NCBI GenBank assembly: GCA_951406725.2 | Contig: OX597829.1 | Span: forward strand, 24,552,001 to 24,616,000 | Length of the DNA: 64,000 nucleotides | Source: Octopus vulgaris | Taxonomy: Eukaryota | Reading direction: 5' to 3' | In this document: piece by piece, positions 14,074-27,217 of the stretch | How the letters are laid out: each line of letters opens with the position of its first letter | Position numbering within the stretch: the stretch's first letter is position 1 | Notes under the pieces: model-generated | Told to the model about the DNA's origin: nothing | Database searches by the model: none | Seen by the model: only the letters and a program-made list of their open reading frames with translations | Translations under genes and position numbers: made by a program

Positions 14074-14238
14074 CTTATTTGAGGAAGCTGGAGGTAAGTA
14101 AGGTGCTGCCAATCGATCTAGGTGGGACATAATCACAACTGCACATTGCTGCAAGTCAACAGGGGCATTTTCATCTCCAAGATCTGTGATGTATCTCAGA
14201 AAGCATTCAGTTGGACTCACAAAGTACACATCGGCTTG
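14074..14238 (-). CDS. HERC2: HERC2 coding exon 7, ..[30 protein letters not shown]..
   Basis: Matches HERC2 SPNESFLRYL..IDLRQTAVVVMAHLDRLATP. 165 nt, phase 0 to 0. Confidence 0.94.
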
Positions 14239-14268
14239 CTATAAAAGAAAACACATTTCTAAATACAT

Positions 14269-14299
<31 letters not shown>

Positions 14300-14712
14300 T
14301 ACATGAAAACAAACATACATAAGAACACAAGCATGAAAATGCATGTATACACAAACACACACAAACATTAGTTATTAATATGCCAAGAATGTGTTGGACA
14401 ATTCTGTAAATCCACATATTTAAATAAATTACTATTAGTTTCAATTAATCATTTCAAAAGTTCATAAACTCAACTTTACTGTGAAGTCAAGTTTATTTTT
14501 CCCTGTAAATCAAATCGCCCTTAAAAAACACCTTATAAACTCATTAAACCACACAATTCTTGTAATGGTAAAATGAAAAGGAAATATATTCATCCAGAAA
14601 AATACATTAATATGATTCACTAATTTTTGTTTCAACTAACAGAAAAAAAAAACTTTTTAAAATCTAAAAAAAAAAAAAAAAAAAAAAAAGATTTCACAAG
14701 TTTATAGCTTAC

Positions 14713-15031
14713 TTCGTCCCATTTTGTCATTTCATAGTTCTTTGCTTTGTTTGACCGTATTCCAAAGAATCGCTTTAGTAGTGGCACCAATGGAGCAGAA
14801 GTCAAATTGCTATTAACTCTGTTGTCTCTTTCATGCCAGCTGTTTTCCCAAAGATTCAACAACAGAAGCACACCTCCAAGAATATGACTCAAAGAGCCTC
14901 TCTGTACTGCTAATTCAAGTAGAAGAGCAAGAGCTCGCTGTTGATCTGGAAGTGGGACGTGGTTTGTGTAACGAGAAGATGTCACAGATGATGAAGCTGT
15001 TGAAGTCATACCACCACCTCCAGTCAATTCA
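14713..15031 (-). CDS. HERC2: HERC2 coding exon 6, ..VPLPDQQRALALLLELAVQRGSLSHILGGVLLLLNLW..SAPLVPLLKRF..
   Basis: Matches HERC2 IPLQDQHLALAILLELAVQRGTLSQML. tacag| acceptor and GAA|GTAAGC donor; 319 nt. Confidence 0.95.
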
Positions 15032-16605
15032 CTGTATTTAAAGAAAAAAAAAATTTTTATAAATTTGAAGTATAAATATATAGATGTATCTGTAAACTTC
15101 AGTTTCAGGTTAATGAACAATAATAAACCCCACTGTCCACTATTACACTGAATATGTTATTTGTAATATTGTACTAACATTGTATGCTATCAATGTCACT
15201 GGTTCAATGTTATGTTGTTATGTGTTGTTGGTTCAGCTGTGTGTTATCCCATAATGAACAGATGCAAACATAATCGTATATTTACATTGTAAGATTTATT
15301 GTACATATTCATATAAACTACTACTACTACCAGCTTGTAGAGACATTGGAGATGAGATTCAAGCTTCAGTGTAACAAATATACACAGCAATGATTAGTAA
15401 GGCTCAAAAGTAGGGAAACTTTGGTCCAAGATTATGATTCAGCAAAATAAAACAATAATATTTCTGCTACACTGGGCCAAGCCCTGGCTAGCTTGTGCAA
15501 GAGGTAGGGATTGGTCTTCTCTGGTGGTATTCTCTCAACCTCTGCAATTGTTCTTGGTGAATTTTCACTTTATACTAAGAAAACTGTAGGAAATCCAAGG
15601 ACATAGCAGATGATGTTTGTGACATGACACAATATTGCCTCAAGCTGATTAGTTGATGAACAGAAAGACCACATGACATAAGCATGATCAACATGTGGTA
15701 TGGAACAGGCAACTGAAAAATGTGAGGTTTGATTCTAGATTTCGCTACAGTAAACAGTTGACCCCAGTTGAATTTTGAATTCAGAGGACAGACACAACTC
15801 CATCAACTCACAACTTGTGCTCATGCTGGAATACTACTAGTGTCTATTCAATAAACTGTACTCCCTTTTGACTCCATTTTTTTTTTTTTTGGCATTAATT
15901 CAATGGGGATGACTACCAGAGAACATAAACTTCTGGCAGTCCCTCACAAGACTTCAGTTCCTGATTTTAACATCTTTCTTTTAACACCCTGACTAGGACT
16001 GAACACAGTATGATGGTTTTAATATCTAATTATTCCTCTAAGAAATCATTATATTATTGTTTAGCACCAGGTCAGTCCTGATCCAGCAGACCTATGATTG
16101 AAGATATTCCATCTGAGACCATCTCAACTTTTATTCAAACATAGTGTATCTAGGATGACATTATATAATGTATAATATAGTAGTTAGTATTAATGACTAT
16201 AGTAATTTAACCCAGGTCATTCTTCATCCATTAAGCCTATAATCAAAGATGTTCCAGCTGTGACCATCCCATCTTTTATTCAGACAAAATGTATCTAGGA
16301 CTATGTTGTCTAATGTACAATATAGCAGTTAGTGTTAAAAGCTATAGTAATTGTTGTTCTTGTTGTTTAATACCAGATTATCTCAGATCCAAACAGACTT
16401 ATAATCAAAGATGTTCCAGTTGCGACCAGCCCTTTTTATTTTCTCAGTCAAGGCTTACATTATCCAACGTGTCCTACATCCAATGATGAATGAGATTTGA
16501 CTGATATTTTCAGCAGGTTGAACGACTGCAAAATAATCTTCCTTGTTCACTCAGAGAACTTAATATTTAATTCAACGATGAAGAAAAATGGACTCTCACA
16601 CTTAC

Positions 16606-16866
16606 CCTGCCACAACGGAATGTAAAAATTTAGATGCTCTTTCAACAACTTCAAGCCAAACTGGAGAAACAGAACTCTCGTCAAAAAGAGTGGCTTCAGG
16701 TAGTGATCTAAGTGCATCTAGAGATTCTTGTAGTAATTCACTACAAAGATCAGAATCTTCACCACTACGCCATGCTCGATACAAGAATGCAAATGCAAAA
16801 CTAAGGGCAGCTCTTGATCCCACACGTGCGAGTCCATGTGTTGCTTTTTCTGTTGGTTTGGCAGAT
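16606..16866 (-). CDS. HERC2: HERC2 coding exon 5, [42 protein letters not shown]..
   Basis: Near-identical to the conserved HERC2 block [42 protein letters not shown]. Canonical sites; 261 nt. Confidence 0.97.
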
Positions 16867-16909
16867 CTGTAGAAAAAGGGTAAAAACAAAAGCATTATAT
16901 CATCATCAT

Positions 16910-17290
16910 CATCATCATCATTTAACGTCCGCTTTCCATGCTAGCATGGGTTGGACGGTTCAACTGGGGTCTGGGGAGCCCGAAGGCTGCACCAGGCCAG
17001 TCAGATCTGGCAGTGTTTCTACAGCTGGATGCCCTTCCTAACGCCAACCACTCCGAGAGTGTAGTGGGTGATTTTATGTGCCACCGACACAGGTGCCAGA
17101 CGAGGCTGGCGAACGGCCACGCTCGGATGGTGTTTTTATGTGCCACCGACACAGGTGCCAGACGAGGCTGGCAGACGGCCACGCTCGGATGGTGTTTTTA
17201 TGTGCCACCGACACAGGTGCCAGATGAGGCTGGCGGACGGCCACGATCGGATGGTGTTTGTTACGTCCCCAAAGCACGGAGGGCAGTCTA
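16910..17290 (-). mobile_element. SINE-like repeat with (GAT)n tail and internal ~60-bp tandem units; inverted near-identical copy at 42290-42760
   Basis: Unit ttttatgtgccaccgacacaggtgccagacgaggctggc..cggccacgctcggatggtg occurs about 3 times. Many shorter family members, e.g. 19530, 32905, 34150, 62665. Confidence 0.75.
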
Positions 17291-18093
17291 TGAAAGGATG
17301 AAAGGCAAAGTCGACCTCAGCGGAATTTGAACTCAGAACGTAGCAGCAGACGAAATACTGCTAAGCATTTCGCTTGGCGTGCTAACATTTCCGCCAGCTC
17401 ACCGCCTTATCCATGCAAGCTTCTTACCACACTGCTACGCCCATACCATATGCTGACAACAAGTTTCTGCAGTTTTCATCAATATATATATATCAATAAT
17501 AACAAAGGGTAAAATTAATTAATAATTAAAAATTTTACCAAGTAGTTCAGTGTGTTAAAAGAACCATTATCGGTAAACTTATACAAAAAATCTATAATTA
17601 TGAGTATAATTATAATTAGGGTTCAGCAAAATTTGCTTCACTACATACCGAAATTTAGAAATAGCAGTTAAAAACTACTATTCTACTACTATAAGATATA
17701 AGACAGCAATACTCAATAACTCTTTACCTGCGTGAATTGTTGAGTATTGCTGTCTGGGAGATATCGTAGCGGCAGACAAAATACCTATTTCTTTACTACC
17801 CATAAGGGGCTAAACACAGAGGGGACAAACAAGGACAGACAAACAGATTAAATCGATTACATCGACCCCAGTGTGTAACTGGTACTTAATTTATCGACCC
17901 TGAAAGGATGAAAGGCAAAGTCGACCTCAGCGGAATTTGAACTCAGAACGTAGCAGCAGACGAAATACTGCTAAGCATTTCGCTTGGCGTGCTAACATTT
18001 CCGCCAGCTCACCGCCTTATCCATGCAAGCTTCTTACCACACTGCTACGCCCATACCATATGCTGACAACAAGTTTCTGCAGTTTTCATCAAT
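17291..18093. repeat. Identical ~193-bp direct duplication (17291-17483 and 17901-18093)
   Basis: Same sequence at both sites, and the same ORF MNSERSSRR..SFHQ at 17327 and 17937. Confidence 0.92.
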
Positions 18094-18222
18094 CAAGTTG
18101 CACTCACAAGGTAATAACTAACCCACAGTTATGGTAGTAGTTACTTATATAAGAACACTTGGAGATAAAAATGTAAGAACAAAGTTTTAAATTTAAAAAA
18201 TGAAACTAGTTTTCCAGCCTAC

Positions 18223-18442
18223 CCTTTCTGTTTATTTAGATTTGTTTGGTCTGCTTGCTTCTTTCTTAGAGGTGCTTTCCCTTCATTTTGTGAATGTCTG
18301 GAAAGTGCAATTAGATATCTTTCGAGTATTACAAGTCTCTGTAACAATTTAACACTAGACAGGGTTGTTGATGTTGCTCCCACTGAGAATTGGTGGTGTT
18401 CATAAAGCAGAGTTTCTAAGCAGTCTTTTAATTGGTTTATAT
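18223..18442 (-). CDS. HERC2: HERC2 coding exon 4, DINQLKDCLETLL..LLQRLVILERYLIALSR..
   Basis: Matches HERC2 DVNELKECLSVL..LKQRLVILERYFIALNR. ctacag| acceptor and GG|GTAGGC donor; 220 nt. Confidence 0.93.
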
Positions 18443-19707
18443 CTGTAGAAAAAAAAAGAATTGTCATTAAAAAAGAGATAAATAAGAATTGCAATTAAAA
18501 TAAGAATTACCTGATTAGCAGTAGATATTGATAGTACCCTTCAATCAATAAATTTAGCCATACATTTTTGAAAAGATAGTCACTCTTTATGTAGTACTGA
18601 TTAGGGTGAAGGGAAAAGACACCCTTCAGTCATGAATGACCATGGGATTGCACCTAGAAAGTCCCCTCTGTGGCGCAAGTCTGGGCAAGGCTGTTTATGG
18701 AAGACCAGCAGTCATCCATGCATACCAGCCTCTCCTCTCCAGAGCACCAATGTTATTCCAGGGAAAAGCAAAAGCTGATACAGCTTGACACCCGTGAAGA
18801 CGCAACTCATTTCTATAGCTGAGTGAACTGGAGCAACATGAAATAAAATATTGATTACAAAAAAAAAAATGAATATGAAACTTATGAAAATATTGGTGAC
18901 ATACTATAAATGGTACTTATTTATGATCAGTAAACTAGTTGGTTTGAAAATGATAGATGATGGTGATGACTAAAGACTTCTGAAGAAAGGGTAAGGTTAG
19001 ATCTACAAGAATTATAGAATTTTAGCTTAACTTATGTTTATTATAGTATGTATTTTACATATTTAGTATTTAAGTTATTTAGACTTCACAATTTTTCCAG
19101 TAAATTGTATATTAAAGTTAATTTATTTTCCTTATTCTCACAGCTAAAATACATTTGTAATTTTAATAGTTTAAATACATATTTCTATCTATTTCTTCTA
19201 TAAATTCTATTTACGCCATATTTTCACACAATATATTTCTTATAAACTCGAAGTTCTACATATTACGTTTAAATTTTTAGTTAATAAAAATCCTTTGATA
19301 AGTTATATTTTTATTTTAAGAAATATTGTTTAATGCTTTTTGATTATTTATAGTTAATACATGTATTTTTATATATTTATTTGATGATTAGTATAAGTAC
19401 ATTTATTCTATTATTATTTTTTTATTATTTATTATTTTAGACCTGATGAGTGACTATATTTTTAAATAGAATTAATTTTAGCTCGATATAATTTTAAATC
19501 AAATTCATTTTATTATGTATACATGTATCATCATCATCATCATTTAGCGTCCGTTTTCCATGCTAGCATGGGTTGGACGGTTCAACTGGGGTCTGTGAAG
19601 CCGGAAGGCTTCATCAGGCCCAGTCAGATCTGGCAGTGTTTCTACGGCTGGATGCCCTTCCTAACGCCAACCACTCCGTGAGTATATATGTATGTATATA
19701 TATGGAT

Positions 19708-19739
<32 letters not shown>

Positions 19740-20569
19740 GCACACACATATATATATATATATATACACACATATATACATATATTTATATATACAGTCT
19801 CTTGAAGTTTCCAAATTCTTATGATGTAATCATCACCAACATCACCATTTAACATCCACTTTCCATGTTAGCATGGGTTAGATGGTTTGACAGAAACTGG
19901 CTTAGCAGAAGATTGCACTGGGCTGCCTAGCACCAACCATCCAGCAGATTGCACAACAATTTTTCTTTATATTAGAAAATCTGTAGTTTCTAACATTATC
20001 AAATAGTTTACTTGATTCACTTCTTTCACAACTACACCAAAGGCCTCTGCATCCTCAGAATTTCTCAATTCTCACACTTTCTCCATATAAACAGTATAAA
20101 ATTTTGTTCTTTTCTCTTGTTTGATTTTTTCAGATTTATGGTTTAATGTTTTAGCATTCAGATTATTGTCAAATGGGATCTTTATTTATTCATAATGTTT
20201 TAAATTAACCATGCATTATTTGGTAGCACTGATATTTTAATGTGATTGTTTATGTTTTAGAGTGACATTGTAGTGACAAGTGTGAGAGGCCCGGTCTGGC
20301 TAATTTGAACATAAAACATAAATATTTGGGCTGGATTATACCAGTTAAAGTGCTAAAGTGTTTTAAGACAGGAAGAAGTGGCAAAAAACATGACTAACCT
20401 TCACTGATCATCTGACACAAGTGACATTGATATAGTTGGTGCATGCAGGTAAAACATGATCATGGAGTGCAGACCAGAATGATGATAATGCTCTGGAATG
20501 GGACGAGGCATAGGATGGGGTGGAGTTGGAGGACATAAGAAACTGAGACAGATGTGTTGGAGGGGCCAG

Positions 20570-20915
20570 TGCATGGAGATAGTATGGATTGATGTACATA
20601 GATGGTACAGGCTGATGTGCAGAGATGGTATGGGCTGGTGTGCAGAGATGGTATGGACTGGTGTATGGAGATGGTATGGACTGGTGTATGAAGATGGCAT
20701 GCACAGGTGCACAGAAATGCTATGGGCCAGGGCAGAATTGGTATAGACTGGTGCATGGGGATGGTAGGTGCCAATGTAGAGCTGGTATGGACAGGTGCAA
20801 GGAGATGGTATGGGCCAGTGTAGAGATGGCATGAAGATGTGTGGAGATGGTATGAAGGTGTGTGGAGATGGTATGGGCCAGTGTAGAGATGGTATGGGGC
20901 ACAGATAGTATGGGT
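20570..20915. repeat. Degenerate 22-bp minisatellite (gagatggtatgggctggtgtg/ca)
   Basis: About 15 visible tandem units. Explains the stack of overlapping ORFs at 20401-20921. Confidence 0.85.
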
Positions 20916-21409
20916 CAGCATGAAGATGTTAAGCAGTTAGTTCAGAGTGGGAAGGCACAGCATAGCTGTAGGGTAAAAGGTGTAATATTGGTTTATATAT
21001 AGTTGCTCATCAGTTGTTTTGTATTGTTTGTTATTTTTTCATCATCCTTCTCCCAATACTAATATCCCTTACTCATGCTCACTTCACATTATATTCTCTC
21101 AATCTTTTCAAGACAGCATCACTCTAAAACTCTTTGATAAATATTTTATATTCCTACATAAGTTCAATATTTCAACATGTTCTACATTCCACCTGCAGTA
21201 GAAATCAATTGAGAGAAGTTCAATTCAAACACCAACCCCCACCTTCACTCGTTTGACAATGGTTACTATTCTTCAATGATTCCTCCTTCTCCTCTGACTA
21301 GAATATCTAGCAAAGACAAAGAAGACTTTGGGTATACTCGCTTCTATAGACAAAAGAATACAACATAAATATCAGTGATTGTCTATAAAGAAGTACAGAA
21401 AATACCAAC

Positions 21410-21604
21410 CTGGTTGTGAATCCCAAGTCCAAGAATCAATCATAGAAGTCGCAATTTTGGTTCTTCTGATTTCTTTTTCCTTCTCTTCCTGGTCAGTATG
21501 GTCAAGATATTGACAAGGTGCACAATTACATCCATAATCTGGTTGACATGTATCTTCAGTACAACCAGATGTAGCACTTCCACAGAAATACAAACCAGAT
21601 TCAC
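21410..21604 (-). CDS. HERC2: HERC2 coding exon 3, Cys-rich segment followed by SMIDSWTWDSQP
   Basis: C-terminal part matches HERC2 SILDSWVWGKQP. cacag| acceptor and G|GTTGGT donor; 195 nt, phase 1 to 1. Confidence 0.88.
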
Positions 21605-21871
21605 CTGTGATAACAAGAAACGCTTTAAAAACAACAACAAAAGATTACGATTTACACAAAAGGCCAGCAGAATGGTTAAACTAACAAATTCAGGAGTGAA
21701 GTGTTTAAATATGGAATTTTTAACTTTGGTAGGGCAAAGCTGAGTCAACTTAAAGATCAGAGAAAAATATTCTTATTGTCCAAATGAAAAAAAAAAAAAA
21801 CCTTCTTTTGGATAGTAAACAAACAAAAATCAAACATTAATGGTAAACATTCAAAAATTAAAGAGACTTAC

Positions 21872-21989
21872 CTTTTTTAGCTAAGACGCCAGCTACGTGG
21901 ATGACATCTTTAGCTGCACCGCTAATCAACTCTCCATTACAAACCAAGTCATTCCATAACCGGCTTAGACCTTCACGAACAAAAACATC
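21872..21989 (-). CDS. HERC2: HERC2 coding exon 2, DVFVREGLSRLWNDLVCNGELISGAAKDVIHVAGVLAKK
   Basis: Matches HERC2 AFTRDGLCGLWNEMVKDGEIV. ttttcag| acceptor and G|GTAAGT donor; 118 nt, phase 0 to 1. Too short for the ORF track. Confidence 0.9.
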
Positions 21990-24900
21990 CTGAAAAATAA
22001 TGATTTGAAAACAAAGTATTAAAAATAAATCAATGAATATATAAATGATGGTAATGATGACAATGAAAATGATAATGGTGGTGGTGGTGGTGGCAATAAT
22101 GGTGGTGGCAGCAGCAGCAGTGATGACGATGGTAATGATGATATATCCTTCATTGGTACTAACTCAATTCTATACACTCCGCATTACTAGATGCAACTAC
22201 CTGCCAACTGCAACATAATTTGACCGTGTTCCATTCCAGCCACCACTGTCAAAACTGCGGTGCTTTTATCTGGCCTCTTGTTCTTACCAAACACTCTTAC
22301 ATTCCTCTTTTTAAGTCAGTCATTAGCAACTAGTACCTACCCAAAAAATCTATATAAATTAAGCCAACACCTAGAACAATACCAACCAAAACCTGAGGTC
22401 TTCAATGTCTCAGTAATAACCTCTCATTAACCAATAGCTTTCATCACCTTTATTTTTGTTTTACTCAACAATCATTATTTTTTGTCCATTTTTCATGCTG
22501 GCATGGGTTGGAGAAGTTGTCATAATGCAAGCCAGTTCTTATTCAGAGATAGTACTCTACTAAGTGGATCAGATGTCACATCTTATTTGTACATTTCACT
22601 TTTTAGTTGCTTAGAATAGGAAGAGTCCCTTCTTAACATCAACTACTAAACAGTAGTAGCACCGGCACTAGTCTGGTTTCTTCTCATCGGTGTCATAACA
22701 GGTTGAGGGTTCTTCTGAGTAGGTTGCTGATCCTCCATAGAACAGTCAGATGATGGGGCTGCCATCTTGGCAATGAGCTGACATACCATGGGCCACTGTT
22801 AATCTGGAACCTCCGTGGAAGACAGGCCTCCCTAGGGTAGCTCTACCAAGAGTAAGGCTCCAGATGATAATGCTCTCTTGGGTCTATGGAACACACAAGC
22901 TCCTTCACCATGACATGGCCAGACCCAGGAGGATGCAGAGGAATTGGCAAGATGTGGCTGGACTGGCACAGGACTTTCAGCAATGGAGAGCACTGATGGA
23001 CCTGGCCAGCTCTATGAATGATGACACTTCTGGGACCACTAACCTAGTATGACCCCTGCCCAACCTCATCAAACAAGAGCATGAAGCAAGCAAGAAGAAG
23101 CAAGCAACCAGCACAAGAGGCGTTATCTCTGTTCATTTTCAAACCACTTTAAAGAGTGTACTGGGTGCATTTTATCATGGCACCAATTCTAGTGAGGTTG
23201 CTTTGTACCCTGTAGCATTAAACCGTTCTCATTATTCTATGAGGTATTCATTTGTTCAAAGCTTAGCTCTAGAAGATGAAAAATAGAGAGATTGATGATA
23301 GAAGAAAAATTAGAATGAATGGGAGAGGAGAGCTAAAGTATGATGGGGGGAGGGAGAGAGAGAGTGCGCAATAAAAGAAGGACAGTGCAAATAATGGATA
23401 TTTGGTAAGATTGAGTAATGAAAAAGAGTGTTTGAGTAAAAACAGACCCAAAAGAACTTCTAAGTTCTTTTGGGCCTTAAGATAGAGCGATAGAGATGGT
23501 GGTGAGGAGGCTTGGAAACAGATAGATTCAATACAAAAAGAGGGAGTGTTACAGTGAATAGGGGAAAGTGGGAGTATCAGTCAGTGCTATGGAATCAAAG
23601 CCTTCCTATTCTGATAATGGTGTTTATATTAAACTCTAGAGCTGCCCTTTGTTCTTGCTATCCCATTCATTCAATCAACAGCAGCTCAAATAACACACCT
23701 ATACCTCTTCTCTACTGAAACAATTGTACTTTTGTCTCCAGCTCTATACAAATACACAAGCTTTGTGATATAAAATACTTTATCACTTTCATCCTTGTCA
23801 TACAGAAACATAAACATTGGTCTTCTTGTTGTTACCTTAGTATGCTTTTACAACCACAAAAGTCATCAATACTTTGCAGACTTCACCCTTTAGAACACAC
23901 ACCAATTCTCTATGTCATACTTTACTTCTAAATAAACAGGTGTAAATTGGTGCCAATGTAGATTACATATAAACAAAAATGAGCTAAGAGAAATAACTCA
24001 GAGAGTCCAGTGGTATGTATTTGAATAACATAAACAAACATAGTCATTTCAAAAACTATACAACATAAATTCTTGCTTTATTAAAATTATATCTGCCTCT
24101 ACTGGATTTATCATAATTACCAATAGCAATTAAAATCAGCTACTTTTGAGAAGAGGAGATCCATCTCATATAAAGCTGGTCTTAATTGCCATTTGATAAT
24201 TAAGATACATTCTCTAGAGACAAAGATAATTTCAATAAGGCAAGAATTCATGTTGCATGGTATTTGATATACCTGCATTTATCTAGATTATATCTAACTT
24301 GTTTTCCTTCATGTAACTGTATTTTGTTTCTTAAACTCCAAACTGAAATTCCTTAGCCCATTAACCTATTTTGATTGAAAAGAGAGGGGACATGTCCATA
24401 TGAGGTGATGGTGGTAGGGGCTATGTGTGGTGAACAAGGCTGAAAGGATTGAAGAAAACCTCTTTCCTCTTCAGTCAAGCCCTCATCAACTTCTTTTAAG
24501 TTCCATTTGGGAAGGAAAGTGGGAGTGTTATTTTCTAGTGAATTTATGTAGATAAACAGTGACTGTAGCAAAAATGGTCAGGGTAAATGGCCCTACTCTA
24601 AGCAGAGAGAACACTTGGGTGAAGGTTCATGCCTTTGGTAGTCGGAATAATACTGGATCTGTGGAATTCCTTAGTTAGCCCCAGTTGGAGTTTCTAGTTT
24701 TGTCACATTTCAACATCTTTTCCATTTTCTTCTCCTTGTCTTTTATGTAAACATCCAACAAACTATTGACCATACTTGAGACATCCCCCACTCATCTATG
24801 TGGCTAATAAAATTATTATTATTCCTCATCTTACACACACATTACAAGCATTTAATTATGTTAGCTGTATCCCACTAATGGCTCAATGATGTTTGTAAAA

Positions 24901-25774
24901 TGTTATTATTTAGTGAAGTCAGTTATGACATAAACCTCCTCCAATATTATCAGAAAACAAGCAAAAGGTGCTGAATAATATATAGTACAGCAACAAAAAT
25001 ATGTAAGACATGTTAAGAAAGAAAACCACAGAAGAGTAGATACAGTAAGGCAGTGAAAAGATGACCAGTATAGTTAATTGCAATGAAACTCCTAATGGCA
25101 GATTTTGTCTTAGCATGTCATTGTCAGTGGATACTTACTACTGAAGAAGTCCAAAGGGGTAGAAATCCACATATTTAGCAATGTCACCACTGCTGCTGAA
25201 TGATTTTAGTCTGCTAATGATGTATTTTTTTTTTAACGTTTCAGCTCAGAGCTGCGGCCATGCTGATGTACCGCCGTTTTATTTAACACTGTACATCTAT
25301 AAGGCATATTATCTCAAGAAAATATCACAATTAGGCTTTCAAGGGTGTGTCTACTTTAAGTATGATATACAGATTGCTATTTTGAACTAATTACTGCTAC
25401 TGTTACAAGTAACGAATTGTTAGTTCTCAAATATTTGCTAGTATTTCAAACAATATATTGAAACCAACATTTGAGACGGAAGAAACAGTGTCATAGTTTT
25501 AAGTATTTCCTATCACTGAACATAGGTTGAATATCCCTTATGTATTACTTACTGGTACATATTTCAACTCTTCGAGGGACGAAAGTTAAAGTCAAAAAGT
25601 CAAATGAATTTGAAATCAAAAACTAAGCGGCACAAAACTAAATATCTAGTCTGATGCTTCACCAACTTAGTTATCTATATGTCAATTAATAAATAAAGAA
25701 ATAAAAAACAAATATAAAACACTTTCTTTGTATTTTTATAGAATAAATATTTATGGCATTTGAAGAAGAATAAA

Positions 25775-27217
25775 AATAAAAGTTTGCCGGACGTCCTCAT
25801 TAAACTCTACAGATCTTCCAGGACAAGGATTGTCTTCCAGGATGTAGTTTCCAGCTTGGAATTTCTGGAACCACCATTGACACTGGCATATGCTTATTGT
25901 CCAATCCCCATATACTGTATTAGTATTCCTTGCACTTTCTATTGCATCATTGCCTTTATTGAAGACATAAAGCAAAATATGTTGAATATTGCTCCTTTGT
26001 CACGTCCATTATAGCTTTGAAAAAATAACTGTTAAAATCAAATTGCACTCTTCAAAACTTGCAATAAGAATACGGATAAGGTAAAATCACTACCTGCTTT
26101 TATAGTAAGACTAGCAGCATAGCCTGGCGTTGCCCGGGTATGTAAGAAACTTTGTCGATAAGCAATGCCCTTTACCTTTTTACCCTTTTTTGCACTCATT
26201 GAACCGTTATTTTGAAAAATGAAGCCTAAAAGGCATTAAGGCATTCAAGGCACCGTTCCCTTGCATGCATGACTACAGCCCAACATTGCTCGGATTTGAA
26301 GCAAAAGGAAAACATATGCCATTTCTTTATGATAAAAGCGGCAAAAATCGACTAAATCGCCTGAAATCCGCCAACTATTTAACAAAAGTCAGTTTTGTAG
26401 GATTCGCATGGTCGGTCTCAAAGTGATATGGTTTTGTCGATTTCTCCCAATAGTTGTTAACTGCATTGACAAAAGGTCGTTAGTTTGACATTTAATGCAA
26501 ACTTGATGTCCAACATCGGTGTAAGGAAAATCTGTGAACTTTCAAAAAATATTGCAGAAAAATTGGTTTGCTATGTGTGCCACATATGATGTAATTAACC
26601 GATTTTTTTCCAGTAATAACGTATCCTATTGGAATCGAAAGGGCCATATAGCTCCTTGGAGCAGATCATGATGCTCGCTGTGAATTTCAAAAAAAATTCT
26701 TGCCAACTTGTTAAAGATATTGTCAGAATATGTCATCTTGAATTTGAACGCGATTTCCCAAAATGGCATTATTTTATCGATTTTTTTCTGATGGTAAGGT
26801 ATTGCATGGAAAACTAACGTCAGAATCAAGTTCCTTAGGGTAACATTAAGCTTCACCATGAGTTTGGTGAAAATCGATAGCAAGTTGCGAAAACTACAAC
26901 GGAAAATGTGTTGCATATGATAAGCTTAGATTCTTGACCCCATGTCGAATTTATCAATTTTTTTCAGAACTGGGGGAACTTTTCAAAATTTTCGCTGCAT
27001 TAGTTTTGAATTATGACATTGGGCTATGTTTGTGTTAAGTTTCATCAGAATTGGTTGAAAGCCGTGGTCAGGGTGAGGGTACAACCTGACAGACACACAG
27101 ACAGACAGACGAACTGCCTTTTATATATATAGAAATGATGCAGGCAGTTTATCCTGTCCCCCTCTGACTTTTAGTTCATGCAATTCAAAAAACTGCATTA
27201 TTTATGGGATGACATAA
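25775..27217 (-). mobile_element. Mariner 5' fragment (N-terminal HTH), split by a Helitron insertion
   Basis: MLYVFNKGNDAIESARNTNTVYG..CQWWFQKFQAGNYILEDNPCPGRSVEF is a typical mariner N-terminus. TIR-like end near 27200-27217. Confidence 0.8.
26111..27133 (-). mobile_element. Non-autonomous Helitron
   Basis: Minus strand starts TCTATATATATAAAA followed by a (CTGT)n-like tract. It ends with a GC-rich hairpin (cccgggcaacgccaggc) and CTAG|T. Confidence 0.75.

Noticed and set aside
18511-18600. Donor-like CAG|GTAATT just upstream of HERC2 coding exon 4
   Set aside because: No good acceptor, and coding exons 3 and 4 already join in phase and match HERC2 without an extra exon.
20401-20921. Stack of His/Pro/Cys-rich ORFs with a CRISPR-like periodic look
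   Set aside because: A 22-bp minisatellite without unique spacers, in a eukaryotic intron.
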